Below, in pieces: positions 49,675 through 59,073 of a DNA stretch of 64,000 nt (position 1 is the stretch's first letter; each line of letters opens with the position of its first letter). The DNA comes from Verrucomicrobiia bacterium (lineage in GTDB: Bacteria; Verrucomicrobiota; Verrucomicrobiia; Palsa-1439). Location of the stretch: assembly GCA_035516795.1 (NCBI GenBank), contig DATIZX010000076.1, forward strand, positions 1,145-65,144. The letters are read 5' to 3'. The notes below the pieces were generated by a model. The model saw only the letters and a list, made by a program, of their open reading frames with translations. It was not told the origin of the DNA and did no database searches. The translations under genes and the position numbers were made by a program.

Positions 49675-50173
49675 GATTCTTCAGTTCGCTTGACTCAAAG
49701 CCCAACCCATTTCGCCTAGTGCTGCCGGGGATTTGATCGTGAACAGAACAGTTCGACTTCGCAAGACGTCTGTTCCGATCCCCAAACTCCGGCATGCCAC
49801 CTTTGCTGGCAAATTATACTGAACAATGTGCCTTTTCACAATAGCGTCAATAGAAAACGTGCCGGGCTCACATGCGCACAAGATCGGTAAGCCTCACGCG
49901 TTCGCAGTGCCCCGAATTATCTCATTATTATCCAGCGGGGCGCGTGCCAAATGGATCGGTGAAGTGCCCTCCTTTTCAACAGTGAATCTCCTTGTGTAAG
50001 TTATTGACTACACGGAGGTTCACGTTACCGCAATCCCAAGATTGCGCGACCATCTTGTCGCCAGTCCGCCGGCATTGTCCATATTGTGGTCACCGATGTT
50101 CGTGCCATGAACGAATTTGCTGGAGGGCGAGCGTTCCACAAAAGCAAAACTCCCGGACGGTTCCGCTCCGAGT
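49675..50173 (-). promoter_or_regulatory. Operon leader / promoter region upstream of wza (lower GC, AT-rich patches, contains the palindrome at 50216-50227 nearby)
   Basis: About 500 bp non-coding stretch with clearly lower GC than the flanks (e.g. tctcattattatccag, aaattatactgaacaatgtgcc). It is the only sizeable gap in 50 kb. Confidence 0.35.
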
Positions 50174-50893
50174 TCATTCTGCTGACTCTGAAATCAGTCG
50201 GAACGTCCGGTCGCGATTTGTGATCACAATTGTGCAGTTAGCGAGCGCGCGAGAATCGCCCTTCGAGAGCATAGATGTATTGTAGCGCGGTGCTGTGTGT
50301 GGGATCAAGTTGTAAGGCTCTGCGGAATGACGCCAAGGCTTGTTCTCTTTTGCCCTGTCCGGCAAACACAACACCGAGTAACGAATGTGCCGGGACGAAA
50401 TCGGGCCGCTCATTTCGTTGTTGCCCATGTAGATCACGGAAAGGTCGCCATCGTGCGCGATGGGCAGAATTATGTTCGAATTAATTGCTGTTATCGCCAC
50501 GCAAATGACTTGAAATCGCGTGTCCGGAAATCGCTCGCTCAAGAGTACTTGCAGGGACCGGCCAACGCCGTAACTCATATCCGGATCGCCGAGGGCCGCG
50601 GATTCGCCGAAAAGAAAAATCCGGTACGAACCCGGGCCTTTCGTGGCGGCGATCCGTTGCGGCATGGGAGTGCGAACCAGTGGCAGCGGAGCAAGCCGAT
50701 AATCGAACGCCAGATTTGGGACGTAAAAGTTCCGGCCGGCGGTTTTCGCGGGAAGGAAGAAGTCGGTGGGATAACCATATCCCGCTACTGGCAGTCCCAA
50801 TTCCATCGCGCCAAGAATCACTAGCGGCACGCCGAACATTGTCAGGAGCCGCAACGCCCCCCGACGACCGGGTGAAAGACTTCGGTGGCTCAC
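50174..50893 (-). CDS. Membrane-anchored SGNH-hydrolase-like protein, possibly truncated/remnant
   Basis: N-terminal TM helix. Has block I RIFLFGESAALGD and block III YMGNNE, but no recognisable DxxH block. The C-terminal 70 aa read like non-coding translation. Confidence 0.3.
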   Translation of the reverse strand: MSHRSLSPGRRGALRLLTMFGVPLVILGAMELGLPVAGYGYPTDFFLPAKTAGRNFYVPNLAFDYRLAPLPLVRTPMPQRIAATKGPGSYRIFLFGESAALGDPDMSYGVGRSLQVLLSERFPDTRFQVICVAITAINSNIILPIAHDGDLSVIYMGNNEMSGPISSRHIRYSVLCLPDRAKENKPWRHSAEPYNLIPHTAPRYNTSMLSKGDSRALANCTIVITNRDRTFRLISESAE

Positions 50894-51282
50894 GCTACGA
50901 GGTGCGGGCGACTGTGATGGCCCGCGTTATACGTGGCAACACCGGAGTCAGGGAATTCGGGCAAGTCCGTTATCTGGGCCTTAACGTGCATCGCACCAAT
51001 TTGTGGAATGGAAGGAATCATCAGATTTCATACTTCATGAGCGTTACTGGTTCCAGCCACATCGCGAGTCCGCCCGGCTCAAGCGCCGCCTTTCAAGGGT
51101 AACGCGTATTCTTTCCCCCTTTCGCCAAAACTGAAGTTGAAATGCTTAACTTCACTACGCAGCAAATAATCCAAGGGCTTTGATCGATTAAAAGGATAAG
51201 TTAAATTTGTGCCTCCCCGTATAGTGAGCTATTGTCGCTGCGGTCGTTTCTGTTCAACTGGTATGGTGCATCGGGAGCCTGA

Positions 51283-53439
51283 ATGCGTTGGCGGAACCTT
51301 TCAACTTTGTCGGGTGGATTGCTCATTTGTCTTGTGGCGGCGGGTCAGATTGCGCATCCCACGAACCTTGCAGCAGTGGATCTTCCCTATAACAGCACCT
51401 GTCCCATCGTTTATGACAACGACTCGCATGATGACATGTACACCGACGAATATCTGCTGGCTCTGGCCAGCGCTGGTGAAATCACACTGAAAGGCATGAT
51501 CACCACCTCGGGTGGCTGGCGGGAGCCGCTATTCCCCGATCCGGTTTTTGTATTTCAATGGCCCTTGGCAGGTCGGAGCGAAATCGTCGGCAAGGCCTGG
51601 CGCAGTGGCTTCACCAATCTTCCAACGCCAGTGGCCGGTTCCGGCAGCGCACTGCTCAAACCCTCCTCGGGGCTTATCGAAGATACTTTGCCCGACGACA
51701 CTCCCGGCGCCCGCCTGATCGTCAATGAAGCGAAGAACGCGAGCCCCAGTCAGCCGCTCGTAGTCGTGATGGGCGGTCCGCCAACCACTTTGGCCAGTGC
51801 CTATCTGCTCGATCCGTCAATTGCCGACAACGTGGTGTTGGCTTGGCTTGGCGGAGGTCCGGGCGAAAACGATATGCAAAACTACAACGATCTCGTGGAC
51901 CGTTGGGCCACATACATTGTCGTTCATCGACTGCGCGTTGTGCTCTTCGGACCGGTGTTTAATCAGGCCCCATTGGTGCCGAAATCGCAGTTGACGGAGT
52001 TGCCGAACACCGAGTTGCGTCCTTGGATGATCGACAAGGAATTGCCCAACGCGAATCTGCCGAACGGATTCGATCACGATGCACCACCAGCCATCAGTCT
52101 GCTACGCCCGGATTATGTCTTTGCCGCAAAGCCCAAATCCTTCAGCAGCGTCGATGCGAGCGGCGTCATTACCCTTCAAGACGACCCGACCGGTAATATC
52201 CTGATGGTCACCCAAGCCGACCAGAACATTGGAACCGAGGAGTGGTGGCGCGCGTTGGAAAACCCGGCGGCGTACGGCTACGACCCGTTGCCTCCCACGC
52301 TCACGCCGTTTGCTGGAACGCCGGCAGTAATACCGGGGGGCATCGAAGCAGAAGATTTTGATTACGGTGGCCCTGAAGTTGCCTACCACGATCTCAATGT
52401 AAAGACGATGGACCAAAATGCGAAGCGAAACATCACAACCTTTCGTGTAACCGACAACGTGGACTTCGATTACTGTTCGGATTTCAATGGCGGTTACGCG
52501 ATTGCCCGGGCTCAGAAGGGGGAATGGCTCAACTACAGCGTCAACGTCACGACAGCCGGTTTGTACACGCTTCACGCTCGCGTCTCCTCATCCGGCAATG
52601 GCGGGATATTTCACGTCGCCTTCGATAGCGTCGATAAAACCGGGCCAATCAAGATTCCCAACACTCACTATTTGCAGAACTGGCGGACCATATCCACGGC
52701 ACCTGTGGCTTTGGATTCAGGGCAACATGTCATGAGTATCATCATCGATGCCAACGGCGCTCACGGCGTGGCCGGTGACATCAACTACTTGGATTTCGAG
52801 TTGGGAGATTCTGTGGCTTCCAACCAGTCTGCTGTGCTTGGAACCTGGGACATTTCCATGAGGGGATCGAAGGACGGCGTGGGCTTGGTCACATTCAACG
52901 AGGACTCCACGTTGACCGGCTACGGAATCCGCACGGATTGTTCCGGCGTCTTCCAACTCTCCGGATCGTGGCAGAAGGGCCGGAGGGGAATTCTGGTCAC
53001 TGCTATTCGGGATTCCGACTGTGGATCCGTTCAGACACAACTGAGACTCACGGTGCAAAGCAACGGGCGTCTTCTTGCCGCGGCGGACGGCAGTAGCAGG
53101 TCTCGCTGGCAAGGTGACAGGGCACCGACCGAACCCATTCTAGATGGATACTGGTTTGGCACAATTCGAATGCCAGGCACGCACACCACTTCGTCTCAAG
53201 TATACAGGCTGATTCCCGAGGGAGATCTGCCTGGCGTATTCGACATCAGCGATGGGAACACGGATGCGCCTCTGGGCGAAGGCATCGTAACTTCGGCGCA
53301 TTTGGTTGAAGCCTATTTGACCATCAACGGGAATCCCGCTGCTTTTATTGGCCGATTCAACTCTGTAAAACGAATCTTGAAGCTGAAAACAGCAAACAGG
53401 GCGGCAAGAAGAATCATCATCAAGGCCAGCCAGCAGTAA
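51283..53439 (+). CDS. Secreted nucleoside-hydrolase (IUNH)-like domain protein with C-terminal CBM6-like carbohydrate-binding module
   Basis: Signal peptide, then IVYDNDSHDDMYTDEYLLALASAGEITLKGMITTSGG (compare IUNH DxDxxxDD...LALA...ITTxxGN), VVVMGGPPTTLA and LAWLGGG blocks. The CBM6-like region includes EAEDFDYGG...GEWLNYSVNVTTAGLYTLHARVSS. Confidence 0.6.
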   Translation: MRWRNLSTLSGGLLICLVAAGQIAHPTNLAAVDLPYNSTCPIVYDNDSHDDMYTDEYLLALASAGEITLKGMITTSGGWREPLFPDPVFVFQWPLAGRSEIVGKAWRSGFTNLPTPVAGSGSALLKPSSGLIEDTLPDDTPGARLIVNEAKNASPSQPLVVVMGGPPTTLASAYLLDPSIADNVVLAWLGGGPGENDMQNYNDLVDRWATYIVVHRLRVVLFGPVFNQAPLVPKSQLTELPNTELRPWMIDKELPNANLPNGFDHDAPPAISLLRPDYVFAAKPKSFSSVDASGVITLQDDPTGNILMVTQADQNIGTEEWWRALENPAAYGYDPLPPTLTPFAGTPAVIPGGIEAEDFDYGGPEVAYHDLNVKTMDQNAKRNITTFRVTDNVDFDYCSDFNGGYAIARAQKGEWLNYSVNVTTAGLYTLHARVSSSGNGGIFHVAFDSVDKTGPIKIPNTHYLQNWRTISTAPVALDSGQHVMSIIIDANGAHGVAGDINYLDFELGDSVASNQSAVLGTWDISMRGSKDGVGLVTFNEDSTLTGYGIRTDCSGVFQLSGSWQKGRRGILVTAIRDSDCGSVQTQLRLTVQSNGRLLAAADGSSRSRWQGDRAPTEPILDGYWFGTIRMPGTHTTSSQVYRLIPEGDLPGVFDISDGNTDAPLGEGIVTSAHLVEAYLTINGNPAAFIGRFNSVKRILKLKTANRAARRIIIKASQQ
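51380..52420 (+). repeat. Paralogous DNA repeat (copy 1) shared with 53560..54600
   Basis: About 80% nucleotide identity in aligned stretches (e.g. cgtttatgacaacgactcgcatgatgacatgtacaccgacgaatatctgctggc versus ggtctatgataacgactcccacgatgatatgtacacggacgagtatctgctcgc). Confidence 0.5.
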
Positions 53440-53459
53440 GTCAAATCACCTCATCTCCC

Positions 53460-55328
53460 ATGTGCTCGCGATTCAGAAATAAGTATTCAAAAGCCACGCT
53501 GCTCGTCGCGATCGTGCTGCCGCTTGCCCTGCAGGAACTCCTTGCCATTTCACTTCCATACGATCACACCTGCCCCGTGGTCTATGATAACGACTCCCAC
53601 GATGATATGTACACGGACGAGTATCTGCTCGCATTGGCCAGCGCCGGTTCGATCGCTCTCAAGGGCATGATTACCAGTTCCTGTGGCTGGAGCGAGCCGC
53701 TGTTTCCCGATCCCGTTTTCGTGTTTGAATGGCCGTTGGCGGGTCGGAGCGAAATCGTGGGCAAAGCCCTACGCAGTGGGATGACGAACGCGCCCACCCC
53801 GGTCGCCGGCTCCGGTGTCGCCTTGGTTAAACCTGTTTCCGGAGTTATCGAAGACACCGCACCAGTGGACACGCCGGGCGCTCATCTGATTGTGGATCAA
53901 GCGAACAACGCCTCCGCCAGTCAGCCGCTGGTTGTCATCATGGGCGCGCCTCCCACGACCGTGGCCAGTGCCTATCTGCTCGATAACTCGATTACCGATC
54001 GTGTCGTCCTCGCTTGGCTAGGTGGTGGTCCTGGTGAAAATCAGATGCAGAATTACAACGATGTGGTTGACCCATGGGCGACGCAGATCGTTGTCCGGCG
54101 CTTTCGCACCTATCTCTTCGGTCCAGTGTTCGACCAATCCCCGGTCGTAACCAAATCTGATCTGGCTGCTCTGTTGCCCCATACCGAACTGCGCCAATGG
54201 ATGATCGACAAGAACTTGCCAAACGCCAACCTGCCCAATGGACGCGATCACGATGCGCCACCAGCAATTACTTTGATGCGGCCGGATTACATCGTTGGGG
54301 CGGAGACGAAGTCCTTCGATTACGCCGATGCGAACGGGAACGTTTTCCTAAAAGATGACGCGAACGGAAATGTCATGATGGTTACGAATGTGAATGAATC
54401 CATCGGCACTTCCGAATGGTGGCGCGCTCTCACAAATCTCGCCGCTTACGGCGGCAGTCCTCTGCCACCCGTGCTAACTCCGTACGGGGGTGTTCCGGCC
54501 CAAATTCCCGGCACCATTCAGGCCGAGAATTACGATTATGGTGGCCCCGAGGTCGCCTACCACGATCTCGATGTCAAAGTCATGGACGATAACGCGACTC
54601 GCTCGATCACGACATTTCGAGTTACCGATTGGGTTGATTTCGATCCGGCCAGTGGCGATGCCGGCGGCTATGCTCTCGCCGTCGCACAGCCCACCGAATG
54701 GGAGGATTATACTGTCAACGTCCTGCAGTCCGGGTTATACACAATCGACGCTCGCGTTGCCTCCAAAGGGGCCGGGGGTTCGTTCCATATCGAATTTGAC
54801 GGATCGAACGTTACCGGCTCCATGTTCGTCCCGGACACGGGCGATTGGCAAAACTGGCAGACAATTACCGCCAGCAATATCAGTCTTACTGCCGGGCAGC
54901 AAACGATGCGCATTGTGATGGATACCGGTGGAGTTTCGAATCTGGTGGGCGACATCAATTACGTGCGCATCTGGACCGCCGGTGAAAACGGGCCCGACGA
55001 CGATCCCGATGGCGATGGCTTCAGCAATTCACAGGAAGACATGCTGGGAACCGATCCGCTCGACGCCGACAGCCATATCGCGTTGGAAATTTCGCCGCAG
55101 AACGATGACTCCATAAAGTTGGACTACCAATCAGTCGTCCGTCGACTCTACACCATCGAGTACAAAGACGGTTTTGCGGAGACGAATTGGACATCGATTA
55201 CGAACTGCGAAGATATCGCCGGCACGGGTTCGATCACCAGTTATATCGACGATGGCAGCGGCACCGGCTCTGCGCCCACGGCAACGACGAATCGCTTCTA
55301 CCGTCTGCGAGTGACTTTGCCTCCCTAG
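53460..55328 (+). CDS. Secreted IUNH-like + CBM6-like protein, tandem paralog, with Asp-rich Ca-binding (thrombospondin-type-3-like) segment and C-terminal beta-domain
   Basis: About 75% identical to the upstream paralog over the N-terminal domain. Has VVYDNDSHDD..., the CBM6-like block (TEWEDYTVNVLQSGLYTIDARVAS) and DDDPDGDGFSNSQEDMLGTDPLDADS. Confidence 0.6.
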   Translation: MCSRFRNKYSKATLLVAIVLPLALQELLAISLPYDHTCPVVYDNDSHDDMYTDEYLLALASAGSIALKGMITSSCGWSEPLFPDPVFVFEWPLAGRSEIVGKALRSGMTNAPTPVAGSGVALVKPVSGVIEDTAPVDTPGAHLIVDQANNASASQPLVVIMGAPPTTVASAYLLDNSITDRVVLAWLGGGPGENQMQNYNDVVDPWATQIVVRRFRTYLFGPVFDQSPVVTKSDLAALLPHTELRQWMIDKNLPNANLPNGRDHDAPPAITLMRPDYIVGAETKSFDYADANGNVFLKDDANGNVMMVTNVNESIGTSEWWRALTNLAAYGGSPLPPVLTPYGGVPAQIPGTIQAENYDYGGPEVAYHDLDVKVMDDNATRSITTFRVTDWVDFDPASGDAGGYALAVAQPTEWEDYTVNVLQSGLYTIDARVASKGAGGSFHIEFDGSNVTGSMFVPDTGDWQNWQTITASNISLTAGQQTMRIVMDTGGVSNLVGDINYVRIWTAGENGPDDDPDGDGFSNSQEDMLGTDPLDADSHIALEISPQNDDSIKLDYQSVVRRLYTIEYKDGFAETNWTSITNCEDIAGTGSITSYIDDGSGTGSAPTATTNRFYRLRVTLPP

Positions 55329-55347
55329 AGAAGCTTGGACGTCACGA

Positions 55348-56421
55348 TCAAGCTCTACGGTGCCGAAGCCGGTCCAAGGCCACCGCGACGATGATGATGA
55401 TGCCGATGACCATTTCTTGCACCCACTTGGGCCAGCCCATTTGTTGTCCGCCCGTGTACAGCATCGTAATGGTCAGCGCCCCGATGATCGTGCCGAGAAT
55501 GGAACCTTCCCCGCCAGTAAAACTCGCGCCACCGATAATCACTGCTGCAATCACGAACAGCTCATACATTACCGCCGTGGTTGGTTGCCCGATACCGCCG
55601 ATGTAGGAGAATTGCATTAACCCGGCCACGCCACAGAAAAATCCGCTGGCTGTGTACACGAATAATTTCGTCCGCCCCACCGACACACCGCACAATCGAG
55701 CAGTTTCTTCGTTGGAACCGACGGCGAAGATATGCCGGCCCAAACGTGTATATCGCAGTAGCAACGCCGCAATAACGACCCCAACGATCAGAATCCACAC
55801 CCCGGTCGGCAAAAGAATGCCGCTATGCCCATGCGTCGATAACGTTGGGTCCATGATTCTATTGATCCAGGTGTCTTGCGGCGGGTAAATGTCGCGTTCG
55901 CGAGCAATGCCTTTGGCCAGCCCGCGAAACATTCCCATCGTGCCGAGAGTCACGATAAACGGCACGAGCCGCAGCCCAACGATGATGCCTCCATTCGCCA
56001 AACCAGCCACCGTAGTGATGACGACGCCAGCCAAAACCGCGAGAATGGGCGCGAGCACCGGATGCAGGGCCACCACGCTCTGCACCGAACCGTCCGCACC
56101 GGCCACGTTCAAATTAAGAACCCACGCCACCGTGACCACCGACAGCGCAATCAGCGAACCGGCGGAGAGATCAATGCCCCCGGCGACAATCACCATCGTC
56201 ATGCCCAGGCCAGCCGTGGCATACACGCAACTCTGGCGCAGGATGTTTTCGAGGTTGCGCAGGGTATAGAATTTCCCGCCCTCGACGAGTACGGCAAAAA
56301 AGATAAACACGGCAAGAAGCGCAATGAACCGCCCAAAAACATTGCCCAAAACAAGTTTGGGTCGCCTGCGGTGCTCCTCCGTGGCGTTCGGCACCAGGGG
56401 AGTTTCAATGGGATCGCTCAT
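55348..56421 (-). CDS. Monosaccharide ABC transporter permease (RbsC-like)
   Basis: About 10 TM helices and the BPD_transp_2 family pattern. Confidence 0.8.
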   Translation of the reverse strand: MSDPIETPLVPNATEEHRRRPKLVLGNVFGRFIALLAVFIFFAVLVEGGKFYTLRNLENILRQSCVYATAGLGMTMVIVAGGIDLSAGSLIALSVVTVAWVLNLNVAGADGSVQSVVALHPVLAPILAVLAGVVITTVAGLANGGIIVGLRLVPFIVTLGTMGMFRGLAKGIARERDIYPPQDTWINRIMDPTLSTHGHSGILLPTGVWILIVGVVIAALLLRYTRLGRHIFAVGSNEETARLCGVSVGRTKLFVYTASGFFCGVAGLMQFSYIGGIGQPTTAVMYELFVIAAVIIGGASFTGGEGSILGTIIGALTITMLYTGGQQMGWPKWVQEMVIGIIIIVAVALDRLRHRRA

Positions 56422-57944
56422 GTTTCTTCCTGTCCGATGGCGGCCGTCATCAGCTTTTGTTCATTCCAATCGTCGCGCTCACGAGCTTCGCCGAGCCGAC
56501 CGCGGCACATGACGGCAATGCGGTCGCACACGCCGAGCAGTTCGGGAATGTAGCTGCTTACCATTAGCACCGCTTTCCCTCGGGCTGCCAGTTCGTCAAT
56601 CAGCCGGTAAATCTGCGCCTTTGATCCCACGTCGATTCCACGGGTCGGTTCGTCCAGCAACAGGACGTCAACGTCGGCATGCAGCAAACGCGCGATGGCT
56701 ACTTTCTGTTGATTGCCGCCAGACAGATCGCCAAGTCGTTGGGACGCATTCAGACATTTGATAGGAATTTGCGCGATCCACGGCTCACAGGCCGCCCGCT
56801 GTCGCGAAGGCAACACGAATCGCCAAGGTCCCAGCCCCTGCAGTCGCGGCAGAGTCACATTCTCAGCAATGCTCAAACCGTACGCCAAACCTTCCATCCT
56901 CCGATCCTCGCTCACCATACCCACGCGCTCTGTCCAGCGTTGCGAAGGCGTCTGCGCACCTTGAAAAACGCCGACGCGAATTTCGCCGCGTTGGACACGA
57001 TCCAGTCCGAAAATCGTGCGCATCAACTCCGTCCGTCCGGCGCCAATCAAACCGGAAATGCCCAACACTTCACCGCGCCGCAATCGCAAGGATGCTGCAC
57101 GAGGTTTCGCGAAGCCGCTCAGTTCCTTGATCTCGAGAACGACGTCGCCCGGCGTCCGCGACGAACGCGGGTATAACTCGTTTACCTCACGACCCACCAT
57201 CAGCGCAATGATTCGATCCAGGGATGTGCCTACCGTTTTCCCCGTGCCGACAGTCTCACCGTCGCGTAACACCGTAAACCGGTCGGCGATTTGCTGCGCT
57301 TCCTCCAAAAAGTGAGAAATGTACACGACGGAAATGCCGCGCGACTTCAAGCGGCGGATGAGCGCGAACAATCTCTCGATGTCTTTTGCCGTCAAAGAAC
57401 TCGTTGGTTCATCCAGCACCAACACCCGACAGTCGAGAGCGACCGCACGCGCGATCTCGACGAGTTGCTGCTGCGCGACAGACAACTGGCGCACCTGAAT
57501 CTCGGGCACAATTTGGTCCAGCCCGACCGTGCTCAACGCCGCCGTCGCTCGCTGTCGCATGGCCTTCCATCGCACCAGTGGACCGTGCGTCGGCTCGACG
57601 CCCAACAGGATGTTTTCCATCACGGACAAGTGCGGCGCCAGCGCCAGTTCCTGATAAATCATCGCCACGCCGCTGTGCCGCGCCCGCCACGGATTTCCCG
57701 GTGCGAAGGGCTTTCCATCGAGAAACATTCGGCCGTCGTCTGGTCGGAGGGCACCCGCAAGGATCTTCATCAACGTGCTTTTGCCGGCACCGTTCTCCCC
57801 AACCAGCGCCATCACTTCGCCGGGCATCACGACAAGATCGACTCCCCGCAATGCCTCGGTGGCGCCGAAACGCTTGCGCACCCCGCGCATTTCGAGGCGC
57901 GCCGAATCAGGCTTGGCAGATTCGTCGGCGGAGGGGACCATCAA
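56418..57944 (-). CDS. Monosaccharide ABC transporter ATP-binding protein (RbsA-like, tandem ABC domains)
   Basis: Two Walker A / signature sets (GENGAGKST ... LSGGNQQKV). Confidence 0.85.
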   Translation of the reverse strand: MMVPSADESAKPDSARLEMRGVRKRFGATEALRGVDLVVMPGEVMALVGENGAGKSTLMKILAGALRPDDGRMFLDGKPFAPGNPWRARHSGVAMIYQELALAPHLSVMENILLGVEPTHGPLVRWKAMRQRATAALSTVGLDQIVPEIQVRQLSVAQQQLVEIARAVALDCRVLVLDEPTSSLTAKDIERLFALIRRLKSRGISVVYISHFLEEAQQIADRFTVLRDGETVGTGKTVGTSLDRIIALMVGREVNELYPRSSRTPGDVVLEIKELSGFAKPRAASLRLRRGEVLGISGLIGAGRTELMRTIFGLDRVQRGEIRVGVFQGAQTPSQRWTERVGMVSEDRRMEGLAYGLSIAENVTLPRLQGLGPWRFVLPSRQRAACEPWIAQIPIKCLNASQRLGDLSGGNQQKVAIARLLHADVDVLLLDEPTRGIDVGSKAQIYRLIDELAARGKAVLMVSSYIPELLGVCDRIAVMCRGRLGEARERDDWNEQKLMTAAIGQEET

Positions 57945-57947
57945 CGG

Positions 57948-58925
57948 TTACTCGAGGCCGCACAATTTGCGGACTTCGGGATCGGTCGCCAACTTCTCTT
58001 TGGTGACGAGCTCCGTACCGGTGTCGATCACAGCCGGCACCTTCTCCTTACGGATAACCTTTACGAGGGTTTGCACCACCAGGTATCCCATCTTGGCTGG
58101 ATTCTGCGCCACCAGAGCATCGATGGTTCCATTCTGGACATCCTCGACCAACCGCTTGGAAGTGTCGAATCCAACAAACTTGGCGTCCACTTTGACGCCG
58201 CTCTTTTGCAGGTCTTCCAGTGCGGAGGCAAGTCCGATCGTGGAATAAAGATTGCAGGCGAACAAACCATCCAAGTTGAGCCGGCCATCCTTCACGAATT
58301 TCTCCAGCGTGTTGGCCGCGGCAGTTTTGCACCCTTCGATGGTTCCCGTGTCGGGATAGGGATCGGCGACAACGTCATAACCCGCGGCTTTGGCAGCCTC
58401 GATAAACCCGGCGGCACGCGCTTCGGTGCTTCCCGTGCCCTGGACAAACCGCATGCACATGACCCGCGCCGCCTTCTTGTGGCCAATCAATCGGGCCAAT
58501 TCCTGCGCGCCAAGCACGCCACCATGTTTGTTGTCCGTCGCCACAAAGCTGCTCTGCGCGGTGCCATCGACAGCGGAGTCGAACACGACAACCGGGATGC
58601 CCGCGGCCACCGCATCCTCGACTTCCCGGCGTGTGGCAATCTTGTTCAACGGTGCCAGCGCTATGCCTTGCACTCCCATGTTGACCATGTTCTCGATGAT
58701 CTTGTTCTGCTCAGCGATTTCAGTTTCGGTGACTGTACCCTCCCACTTCATCGTCACGCCCAATTCTTGCGCCGCATTCTCAGCACCTTTGTGCACCGTT
58801 TCCCAGAACTCGCCGCCCGTACTCTTCGGAATAACGGCAATGGTCAGCTTGTCTTGCGCGAAAGAACTGCCGAGCCAGCCACCGGTAATCAGGATTGCCA
58901 GGAGTGCGATAACAGTCTTCTTCAT
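57948..58925 (-). CDS. Monosaccharide-binding periplasmic protein (RbsB-like, Peripla_BP_4)
   Basis: Reads MKKTVIALLAILITGGWLGSSFAQDKLTIAVIPKSTGGEFWE, a signal peptide followed by a type I PBP fold. Confidence 0.8.
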   Translation of the reverse strand: MKKTVIALLAILITGGWLGSSFAQDKLTIAVIPKSTGGEFWETVHKGAENAAQELGVTMKWEGTVTETEIAEQNKIIENMVNMGVQGIALAPLNKIATRREVEDAVAAGIPVVVFDSAVDGTAQSSFVATDNKHGGVLGAQELARLIGHKKAARVMCMRFVQGTGSTEARAAGFIEAAKAAGYDVVADPYPDTGTIEGCKTAAANTLEKFVKDGRLNLDGLFACNLYSTIGLASALEDLQKSGVKVDAKFVGFDTSKRLVEDVQNGTIDALVAQNPAKMGYLVVQTLVKVIRKEKVPAVIDTGTELVTKEKLATDPEVRKLCGLE

Positions 58926-59073
58926 GGTGCTCTCCGTGATCGTTTTCAGCCAGACTAAGACTTTTCCAGACGTTGGCAAGCTTTGCGTGACACGAATTGC
59001 CTTCCCAGGCCCCGGTGACGATCGCGACCTTACCAACGAGTTTCTTTGAGTCTGCACTCGTTGCGTTGCTTCA

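Noticed and set aside
49675-50173. Search for an RfaH ops element (GGCGGTAG / CTACCGCC on the given strand) in the operon leader
   Set aside because: No match found by eye in this leader or in 46675-46820. The NusG paralog may use a different recruitment signal.
57291-58958. 555-aa plus-strand ORF across the sugar ABC ATPase and SBP genes
   Set aside because: Shadow ORF with high Arg/His/Gln content. It spans two real minus-strand genes.
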